Part shown: piece after piece, positions 54,369 to 61,434 of the stretch
Position numbering within the stretch: the first letter of the stretch is position 1
Layout of the letters: each line of letters opens with the position of its first letter
Assembly: GCA_964486135.1 (NCBI GenBank)
Contig: CAZAKT010000002.1
Span: 1-61,434, forward strand
Length of the DNA: 61,434 nucleotides
Direction of reading: 5' to 3'
Origin: an uncultured Mageeibacillus sp.
GTDB taxonomy: Bacteria > Bacillota > Clostridia > Saccharofermentanales > DTU023
Notes under the pieces: model-generated
Told to the model about the DNA's origin: nothing
What the model saw: the letters and a program-made list of their open reading frames with translations, nothing else
Database searches by the model: none
Translations under genes and position numbers: made by a program

Positions 54369-56516
54369 TCATTCGACCACGGAGGGCACCAGGAAAAAGC
54401 CATCCTGTGCCGCCGGCGCGTTCCGCAGGGCATCTTCCTCCGACAGCGGCGGTTCATCCTCTTCAGTCAAGTGGACATGGCGGGCTTCGGAAGCCGTGAA
54501 CATAGGCGAAACCCCCTCCGTATCCAGAGCTTGGAAGGCGTCGGCCAGGCCAATAAGCTCTTTCAGCCGGGCGCCAATAATCTCTTCTTCCTCCCGGTTT
54601 AGATCAAGCCGGGTCTGTTTTTTCAGCCGGTCAAGATCAATCTCGATCGGCCGTTTCCGCCCCGGATCCGGGCCGGCTGTCCCAGTGGATGAGCCGGGAT
54701 GCCCGCTAAGGCAAATGCCCAATTCATCCAGCTGGCCAGGGCTGACCGTCGAAGGACTCCCTGTCATGGGGCAGGAGGCGTCGCGGACTTTGGGGAAGGC
54801 AATGACATCACGCAGGGATTGCTCTCCTGCCAGGACCATGACAAGGCGGTCGAGGCCGAAGGCAAAGCCACCATGGGGCGGGGCCCCATAACGGAAGGCC
54901 TTGAGCATGAATCCGAACCGGTCATCAATGGCCTGGTCGGTCAGACCCAGCGCCTTGAAAACCTGCCTTTGAATAGACTGCTGGTGGATCCGGATGCTGC
55001 CTGAACCGAGCTCGATGCCATTCAGCACGAAGTCATAGGCCTGGGACCTGACCCGGGCCGGGTCGCTGACAAGGAGGTCAAGGTCCTCCGGGAAGGGCAT
55101 GGTGAAGGGATGGTGCTGGGCCAGGAAGCGCTTCTCCTCCTTGGAATACTCGAACATGGGGAAATCAGTGATGATGGCAAAGGCGAAACGACCGGGGTCG
55201 CGCAGGCCCAGGAGTTCTGCCAGCCTCAACCTGAGCGCGCCGGTGACCTGCCGGACCTTCTCCAGCGAGTCGGCCGAAAAGAGGATGAAGTCGCCCGGTT
55301 TCGCGTCCGCCCGCTCGAGCAGGGCCTCCAGCTTCTCCTGATTGACAAACTTGGAAAGGATGGAGTAGATCTCGCCTGAGGGACGCCAGGCGATCCAGGC
55401 CATACCGGCCGCCCCCTGGGAGACGGCATAGTCCGTCAGGTCCTCGATGGTCGCCCGGGAAAAGTCTGCTTGGCCGGGTACCGTGATGGCGCGCACGACG
55501 CCACCTCCCGCGACCGCTTTTTCAAAGACGGAAAAGCCGCTCTCCCCGGCCAGGTCCGTCACATCGACAATGGGCAGATCGAAGCGGAGGTCAGGTTTGT
55601 CGCTGCCGTACCTGTCCATGGCCTCCGCCCAGCTGAAGCGGGGAAAGGGTTGGGGGAGGTCAATGCCCTTGACCTCCTTGAGGATGGAGCGGAAGAGGCC
55701 TTCGAGCAGGACCAGCACGTCTTCCACCTCGACAAAGGACATCTCCATATCGAGCTGGGTGAATTCGGGCTGGCGGTCGGCGCGGAGGTCCTCGTCACGA
55801 AAGCAGCGGGCAATCTGGTAATAACGGTCCAGACCCGAGACCATGAGCAGTTGCTTGAAGAGCTGGGGGGACTGGGGAAGGGCGTAGAAGGAGCCAGCAT
55901 GGACACGGCTGGGGACCAGATAATCCCGGGCGCCCTCGGGGGTGCTCTTGGTCAGGAGGGGGGTCTCAACATCAACGAAACCCGCCTGGTCCATAAACTG
56001 GCGGATAGCGCTTGTCACCCGGTGACGGAAGCGGAGGTTGGCGAGGAGGCGGGGCCGCCTGAGGTCGAGGAAACGGTATTGGAGCCTCAGATCCTCCCGC
56101 ACCTCATCCGCGTCCGAAGGATCGAAGGGCAGTGGCGCGCAGGGGGCTAGGAGTTCAGCCTCCCTGACCCGGAGTTCGACGGAACCTGTCGCGATCTTGG
56201 GATTGACAGTCTCCTCATCCCGGAGGCGCATGACCCCCCTGACCAGGATCACGGATTGGTTGCGGACCCCTTCGGCAAGCGCGAAGGATTCCGCCTGGGT
56301 GTATTCGGGATTGAAAACAGTCTGGAGCAGGCCCTCCCGGTCGGCAAGATCGATGAAAATCACACCGCCCATATCACGCTTGGTCTCAACCCAGCCGCAG
56401 GCAACTGTCTCCTGCCCGATATCCTCTTCGGAGAAAAGTCCGCAATAGTTTGTACGTTCCATACACTTGAACCCAATTCCAGGCCACAGGCCGCTGTTCG
56501 CCAGGATAAGGTCCAT
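54369..56516 (-). CDS. aspS: Aspartyl-tRNA synthetase fused in frame to GatC (AspS-GatC)
   Basis: RTNYCG, RDMGG, ETPLLTKSTPEGARDY, ARCFRDEDLRADRQPEFTQLD, GAD insertion and PPHGGFAFGLDR. After a G/S/P linker comes a GatC-like tail ending ALRNAPAAQDGFFLVPSVVE. The start is at 56516 or 56462. Confidence 0.92.
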   Translation of the reverse strand: MDLILANSGLWPGIGFKCMERTNYCGLFSEEDIGQETVACGWVETKRDMGGVIFIDLADREGLLQTVFNPEYTQAESFALAEGVRNQSVILVRGVMRLRDEETVNPKIATGSVELRVREAELLAPCAPLPFDPSDADEVREDLRLQYRFLDLRRPRLLANLRFRHRVTSAIRQFMDQAGFVDVETPLLTKSTPEGARDYLVPSRVHAGSFYALPQSPQLFKQLLMVSGLDRYYQIARCFRDEDLRADRQPEFTQLDMEMSFVEVEDVLVLLEGLFRSILKEVKGIDLPQPFPRFSWAEAMDRYGSDKPDLRFDLPIVDVTDLAGESGFSVFEKAVAGGGVVRAITVPGQADFSRATIEDLTDYAVSQGAAGMAWIAWRPSGEIYSILSKFVNQEKLEALLERADAKPGDFILFSADSLEKVRQVTGALRLRLAELLGLRDPGRFAFAIITDFPMFEYSKEEKRFLAQHHPFTMPFPEDLDLLVSDPARVRSQAYDFVLNGIELGSGSIRIHQQSIQRQVFKALGLTDQAIDDRFGFMLKAFRYGAPPHGGFAFGLDRLVMVLAGEQSLRDVIAFPKVRDASCPMTGSPSTVSPGQLDELGICLSGHPGSSTGTAGPDPGRKRPIEIDLDRLKKQTRLDLNREEEEIIGARLKELIGLADAFQALDTEGVSPMFTASEARHVHLTEEDEPPLSEEDALRNAPAAQDGFFLVPSVVE

Positions 56517-56548
56517 AAAAAAGCCACCTGCTCCCGGCAAGTGACTGT

Positions 56549-56557
56549 ATTTTAACA
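56549..56557 (-). promoter_or_regulatory. Extended -10 promoter of aspS-gatCAB
   Basis: TGtTAAAAT about 30 nt upstream of ATG 56516. Confidence 0.55.
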
Positions 56558-56711
56558 TAAGGGGGGCCTCTCCTCCCCAAGCGGACCCGGGCTGGAGCTC
56601 CCTTGGGGAGGAGCTCTTGACTCTTCTTTGCCGCCAGCGGCGGGGGGCGCCCTCAATGGGACGGAGGGAGGGCCCGCTTGTGCTAAACTCGGATTACGAG
56701 AGAAGCGGTGG

Positions 56712-57167
56712 ATGACGAATATGACGCAAAAAGCCGGGCAATCCGCAAGAAAAGAGACCCTTCTTTTGTGGCGTCGCTTCCTGGCACGCCTTTTCGATTT
56801 CCTGGTCTGCTTCCTTGCCGCCTACCGGCTGGGGAGCTTGCTGGTCCCCGAACCCAACCGACAGAACCTTGCCTGGCTCTATGCCGTCCAAATGACGGCG
56901 GCAGCCTTCATGGCCGTGACGGAACCCCTCCTGCTGGCCCTGACCGGGAGGACCCCGGGCAAGGCCGTCCTCGGATTGCGTGTGTCGGACCTGGATGGCG
57001 GCCGGCTCAGTCTGGCCAAGGCCTGTAGCAGGAGCTGGCAGGTCTGGCGTGAAGGATTGGGCTTCGGTCTCCCCCTCTACCGGCTCCTTGCCCTGACCCG
57101 GTCCTACGCGGCGGCCCGCCGGGGGGCAAGGGCGGGCTGGGAGGAAGGGACAAGCCTGTCATGGTGA
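56712..57167 (+). CDS. RDD-family membrane protein
   Basis: WRRFLARLFD, GRTPGKAVLGLRV, SLAKACSRS; TGcTAAACT promoter at 56681-56689. Confidence 0.82.
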   Translation: MTNMTQKAGQSARKETLLLWRRFLARLFDFLVCFLAAYRLGSLLVPEPNRQNLAWLYAVQMTAAAFMAVTEPLLLALTGRTPGKAVLGLRVSDLDGGRLSLAKACSRSWQVWREGLGFGLPLYRLLALTRSYAAARRGARAGWEEGTSLSW

Positions 57168-58051
57168 ACAAGGACTTGATAAAGAGCAATGTTTACGATA
57201 CAGCCCTGATCTTTGAAGGTGGCGGCATGCGTGCTTGCTATACGGCAGGTTTCGTCACCCTGCTTCTTGAACAGGGAATATATTTCAATTATGTGGCGGG
57301 GATTTCAGCCGGCTCGACCCATGCCGTCAACTATCTTTCCCGGGACCTGGTCCGGGCCCGCCGGTCTTTTACAGATGTGGTCCTTGACCCGTCTTTTGGA
57401 GATATGGCCTCCTGGCTCAGAGGGGATGGCTACTTCAATTCCGATTACATCTATTCAAAAATGCCCCGTGAAGACGGTTTCCTGCCCTTCGACTTCGGGA
57501 CCTTCAAAAAGAATGAGGCGGAATGCGTGATCGGTTCCTTCCTCCGCTACGAGAATGAGATGGTCTATTGGCACAAGCGGGATTACCAGACCCTGGATGA
57601 TCTGATTGTCCGGGTCCGGGCCTCCTCCACTGTCCCCTATCTCATGCCGGAGACGAAGATCGACGGCAGGATTTATGTGGACGGCGGTCTTGATACCGCC
57701 ATCCCCCTCGATATTGCCCTTGAGGACGGCTATGAACGATTTGTTTTCGTCCTCACCCGGGAGCGGGGTTTCCGCCTTGACCCCATCCCACAGTACCGGT
57801 TCATGGACCGGATGCTGGACCGCCACCTGGTTGAGAAGGAGGCCCTCTTGACCCGCCACACCCGCTACAACGCGGTTCTGGACAGGATCCAGGAACTGGA
57901 GGAAGCGGGACGGGCCTATGTCTTCTATCCCGAATCAATTGATCTTTCCATGATGGATCGTGACCGGGAAAAACTCTTAAGCCAGTACATTGCCGGCCAT
58001 GAACAGGCCGTGGCTGACCTGGACCGTCTCCGCAGTTTTTTGGAGGGCTGA
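57161..58051 (+). CDS. Patatin-like phospholipase
   Basis: EGGGMR oxyanion loop, GISAG nucleophile, RASST, VDGG catalytic Asp. Confidence 0.9.
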   Translation: MVNKDLIKSNVYDTALIFEGGGMRACYTAGFVTLLLEQGIYFNYVAGISAGSTHAVNYLSRDLVRARRSFTDVVLDPSFGDMASWLRGDGYFNSDYIYSKMPREDGFLPFDFGTFKKNEAECVIGSFLRYENEMVYWHKRDYQTLDDLIVRVRASSTVPYLMPETKIDGRIYVDGGLDTAIPLDIALEDGYERFVFVLTRERGFRLDPIPQYRFMDRMLDRHLVEKEALLTRHTRYNAVLDRIQELEEAGRAYVFYPESIDLSMMDRDREKLLSQYIAGHEQAVADLDRLRSFLEG

Positions 58052-58054
58052 CAG

Positions 58055-59224
58055 ATGCGCTTCATCCATCTCGCCGACCTGCATCTTGGCAAACGCCTCC
58101 ACGAGTACCCCCTGATCGAGGACCAGCGGGCGCTTCTTGATTCAGTCCTTGAGCTCTGCCGCCGGGAGAAAGCGCAGGCGCTTGTGGTGGCCGGGGATAT
58201 TTACGATAAGTCCATCCCTTCGCTTGAGGCCATCGAACTCCTGGAGACCTTCTTCGTCAAGATCTCGGCCCTGGACATTCACCTCCTGGTCATTGCCGGC
58301 AACCACGATTCCGGCGAGAGGCTGGCCTTCGGCGACCTCTTCTTCAAAAGCCACAAGCTCCACCTGTCAGGTGTCTTCAAGGGGAGGATCGACCCCCTTA
58401 CCCTGGAGGGGCCTGAGGGGCCGGTAAGCTTCTACCTCCTCCCCTATGTCCGGCCTTCGGAGGTCCGCCCCTTCTTCCCTGACAGGGAGCTGGCCTCTGT
58501 TTCGGACGCGGTGGCTGCCGTCCTTTCCACCCTTGACAGGGGCCCCGGGCGACAGGTCCTGGTCTCACATCAGTTCGTGAGGGCCCGGACCTCAGCGCCC
58601 CTTCGCTCAGATTCCGAAATCCTGCAGGTGGGAACGGCCGATGAGATCGATGAGTCGGTCTATGCCGGCTTTGATTATGTCGCCCTCGGCCATCTGCATG
58701 GCATGCAGCGGGTAGGCAGTGGCCCCCTCTACTACGCCGGCTCCCCCTTGGCCTATTCCTTCTCGGAAGTCGGCCAGACCAAGGGGGCCCTGGTCGTCGA
58801 TCTTCCTGCCGACGGCCCCCCGGTCGTCCGCCAGGAGGCCCTGGCCGTCCGCCATGCCCTGCGCCGGATCCGGGGGACCCTGGATGAGCTGCTGGCAGTG
58901 GGACGGGGGCTGGAGAAGGCAGCTGACCCGTCCCGTTTCGACTACCTGGAGGTCACCTTGACTGATCAGGGGCCTGTGACCGACCCCATGAACCGCTTGA
59001 AGGTCTTCTACCCCCATGTAATGCGACTGGTTTTCGAAAGGGACCTGGAGGGGGAGGGCCGTCCGGATGCCCTTCTTGACCAGGAGGACCTGCGCTCCTT
59101 GAGCCTGGCCGACCTTTTCGCCCGCTTCTACCAGCTGCAGACAGGCAGGGAGCTGACCGGCCATCTCCTCGACATCGTCGAAGAGGTCGCGGCCGAGGCC
59201 GAAGCCGGAGCGGGCAGGCCATGA
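58055..59224 (+). CDS. sbcD: Exonuclease SbcD (Mre11-like)
   Basis: HLADLHLG, AGDIYD, AGNHDS, SHQF, ALGHLH, YAGSPL-x-YSFSE. Confidence 0.95.
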   Translation: MRFIHLADLHLGKRLHEYPLIEDQRALLDSVLELCRREKAQALVVAGDIYDKSIPSLEAIELLETFFVKISALDIHLLVIAGNHDSGERLAFGDLFFKSHKLHLSGVFKGRIDPLTLEGPEGPVSFYLLPYVRPSEVRPFFPDRELASVSDAVAAVLSTLDRGPGRQVLVSHQFVRARTSAPLRSDSEILQVGTADEIDESVYAGFDYVALGHLHGMQRVGSGPLYYAGSPLAYSFSEVGQTKGALVVDLPADGPPVVRQEALAVRHALRRIRGTLDELLAVGRGLEKAADPSRFDYLEVTLTDQGPVTDPMNRLKVFYPHVMRLVFERDLEGEGRPDALLDQEDLRSLSLADLFARFYQLQTGRELTGHLLDIVEEVAAEAEAGAGRP

Positions 59225-61434
59225 AGCCGCTGGCCATCACTCTTTCCGCCTTTGGCCCCTACGCCGGGGAGACCAAGGTTTCCTTCCAGGACGTAAAGGA
59301 AGGACTCTTCCTGATCACCGGTGAGACGGGGTCTGGCAAGACCATGATCTTCGACGCCCTAATGTATGCCCTCTATGACGATACAAGCGGTACTTCCCGT
59401 GGCAATCATTCCCTTCGTTCGGATTTTGCCGCCCCTGGCACCAAGACCTTTGTCGAGCTCGAATTTCTCCTCCGTTCCCAGGTCTATACCATCCGCCGAA
59501 GCCCCCGCTATGAGCGCCCCAGTCTCCGGGGCGGGGGGACAACGGAACAGCCGGCCGCAGTCGAGCTCCAGCTTCCGGATGGGCGGGTCCTGACCTCAAA
59601 GCGGGAGGTCGACCAGGAGATCGTGGAATTGATTGGCCTGGACAAATCCCAATTCCGCCAGGTCGCCATGATTGCCCAGGGGGCCTTTTTCACCCTGATT
59701 GAGGCCTCCAGCCTTGACCGGGCCAAGGTCTATCGCAGGCTCTTCGACACCTCCCTTTACGAAGACCTCCAGAACCGGCTCCTCAAGCGCTACTCTGAAG
59801 CCAGGGCCAGGCGGGCCAACCTGTCCAGCCAGCTCTTCCTCGATTTGGAACGCTTTATCCTGCCTGAGGAGGCCGTGACCATCAGGCAAAAACGCCAGGA
59901 GATCCTTGACACCCAGGACGTCTGGGGGGCCGGCGATTTTTTGGCTGAGCTGGAAGGGGTGGGGGATTCCCTCGAGGAAGCCTTGGCCGAGGCGGATGAG
60001 GATCTCAAAAACCATCAGGATCAAGTTGTTAAGGCCCACCTGGCTCTGGAAAAACAGAGGGAGGACAACCGCCGTCTGGATCAACTGGACGAGGTCCTGG
60101 AGGAAAAGGCCAGGCTGGATTCAGAGGAGATACCCTTCCAGGAGAATCTTTCCCGGTTGTCGGCGGCGGACAGGGCGGGGAGGCTGGTAAGGCCTGCCTA
60201 TCAGGAATGGAAGCAGGCGGTCAAAGGCCTGGCTGAACTGGAAGCTGATCTGGCTCGGACAAGGGGTCGATATGAGGAGACCTTGAAGACCTATGAAAAG
60301 GCTTCGCGAGAGCTTGTAAGAGTCAAAGCCCAGGAGGCGGAAAGAACCAGGCTACCGGGGGAGATCTCCGCACTGACCAATGAAGTGGAGGATCTTGAAA
60401 AACTGGGTCTTAAGAAGCGTGCACACAAGGATGCCGGGGACAGGCTAATCGGCCTGGAGGAAAAGCTGAAAAAATTAAAAGCCGAAGCTCTTGAGCTTGA
60501 AGGGGTCATGAAGAAGGAGCGGTTGGAATGGGAGTCACTTGCTGATGCCGAGGAAGTCCTCCACCTGAGACAGCGGCAGAAGGATGAAATTGAGGCCGAT
60601 CTGCAAAAAATGGCGGCTATCCGGCTACTTGTCCAGGAGACGGGAGAAGAGCAGAAGATACTGGAAGAGACCAGGCAGGACTTTGAAGCCAAGCTGACCC
60701 TTTGGCGGCGGCAGGAAAGCCTGGCGGCCGAGGCGGCTGAGAAGCTTTTCCTTGAGCGAGCCGGCCTGCTGGCCCGGGAGCTTGAGGAGGGAAAACCCTG
60801 TCCTGTATGCGGCTCCAGGCATCATCCGGCCAAGGCCCAACCCTCACCCGACGCGCCTTCCAAGGAAAGGGTGGATGATCTGCTCGGCCAGGCTGAGGAA
60901 GGCCGGCAACAAACGGAGACCCTGAGCCGGGAACTTGAGATCCGGGAAGAAAGGATCAGGTCGGCCCTCAGTCGGGCCTGGAAGGATGCCAGTAAATTCC
61001 TGGCCGGTCCGGCCCCTGTGGAGGCTGAGCCGGCCCGTCAACTGGAGGCCCTCGACCGGCTCCTGTCAAGTCAGGGGGAGATCCGGGAGCGGGAGCAGGA
61101 GGCTGCCAAGGCCTGTCTCGAAGAGGCGGAAGCCCGCAAGGCCCGCTGGGAGGACTTGCTGAAGAAGGAAAAAGTCGATAGCCAGAAACTCCAGGGAATC
61201 AAGGAGGAGACGGCTGTGCGGGAGGAGGCGGCCGGAGGCTTGCGGGAGGAAGTCGCCCACCTGTTGGGAGAGCTTGCTGTGCTCCAAAAGGGCCTGACCG
61301 GACGGGATCTGGGCAAGGTGAGGCAGGATCTAGAGGACAGGAAGGTCCGACTGGCAAGCCTTGAGGTGGCCTGGGACAAGGCGGGGAAGGCTGAGAGTGG
61401 GGCGGCCAGCGCCAAGGCAGAGCTTGAAAGCGTC
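59221..61434 (+). CDS. sbcC: SbcC (Rad50/SMC-like ATPase), 3'-truncated by the window edge
   Basis: ATG 59221 overlaps the sbcD stop. AFGPYA, ITGETGSGKT, QGAF, a coiled coil, and zinc-hook CPVCGS at 60799-60816; not in the ORF track because no stop is reached. Confidence 0.93.
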   Translation, partial: MKPLAITLSAFGPYAGETKVSFQDVKEGLFLITGETGSGKTMIFDALMYALYDDTSGTSRGNHSLRSDFAAPGTKTFVELEFLLRSQVYTIRRSPRYERPSLRGGGTTEQPAAVELQLPDGRVLTSKREVDQEIVELIGLDKSQFRQVAMIAQGAFFTLIEASSLDRAKVYRRLFDTSLYEDLQNRLLKRYSEARARRANLSSQLFLDLERFILPEEAVTIRQKRQEILDTQDVWGAGDFLAELEGVGDSLEEALAEADEDLKNHQDQVVKAHLALEKQREDNRRLDQLDEVLEEKARLDSEEIPFQENLSRLSAADRAGRLVRPAYQEWKQAVKGLAELEADLARTRGRYEETLKTYEKASRELVRVKAQEAERTRLPGEISALTNEVEDLEKLGLKKRAHKDAGDRLIGLEEKLKKLKAEALELEGVMKKERLEWESLADAEEVLHLRQRQKDEIEADLQKMAAIRLLVQETGEEQKILEETRQDFEAKLTLWRRQESLAAEAAEKLFLERAGLLARELEEGKPCPVCGSRHHPAKAQPSPDAPSKERVDDLLGQAEEGRQQTETLSRELEIREERIRSALSRAWKDASKFLAGPAPVEAEPARQLEALDRLLSSQGEIREREQEAAKACLEEAEARKARWEDLLKKEKVDSQKLQGIKEETAVREEAAGGLREEVAHLLGELAVLQKGLTGRDLGKVRQDLEDRKVRLASLEVAWDKAGKAESGAASAKAELESV

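Noticed and set aside
56463-56711. T-box leader expected upstream of aspS
   Set aside because: The predicted promoter is about 30 nt from the start; only a partial AGGTGG (serving as RBS) and no specifier or antiterminator structure
59315-61415. Short ORFs listed in the last 2 kb
   Set aside because: All lie within the open sbcC frame starting at 59221, which the track omitted because it has no stop in the window
1-61434. IS elements, integrases, prophage, tRNA/rRNA, CRISPR
   Set aside because: No transposase, recombinase or phage structural motifs, terminal repeats, cloverleaf or repeat-spacer pattern seen by eye; tRNAscan/Infernal/ISEScan would be needed to exclude them formally

Overview
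A high-GC (roughly 60% by eye), gene-dense chromosomal window from an anaerobic Firmicute, probably Clostridia. The taxonomic call is inferred from protein families, GGAGG Shine-Dalgarno sites and sigmaA extended -10 promoters. About 55 CDS are mostly metabolic or housekeeping. They include a maltodextrin ABC operon with malQ, split by an opposite-strand citC; a pyrimidine/pseudouridine nucleoside operon (cdd, BMP-type ABC transporter, psuK, psuG, udp); a hut operon lacking hutH but carrying a PatB/MalY enzyme and a PH-domain protein; xdhC with a class III (FecBCD/MolABC-like) transporter; mgtE, ridA and lpdA; a second BMP ABC operon; a thrC-like gene, a stand-alone HerA/FtsK-type ATPase and lplA; nudix-mazG-yabO-divIC; a DUF5058 membrane pair; a SleB-like cell-wall hydrolase; an M42 peptidase; aspS-gatCAB; and RDD-patatin-sbcDC. 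I found no rRNA, tRNA, CRISPR array, IS element or prophage. The standout observations are two in-frame fusions: AspS-GatC directly upstream of gatA-gatB (a candidate covalently tethered Asn-transamidosome), and a P-loop NTPase fused to a FecCD-type permease downstream of xdhC. Family calls come from motif recognition by eye, and no database searches were run.
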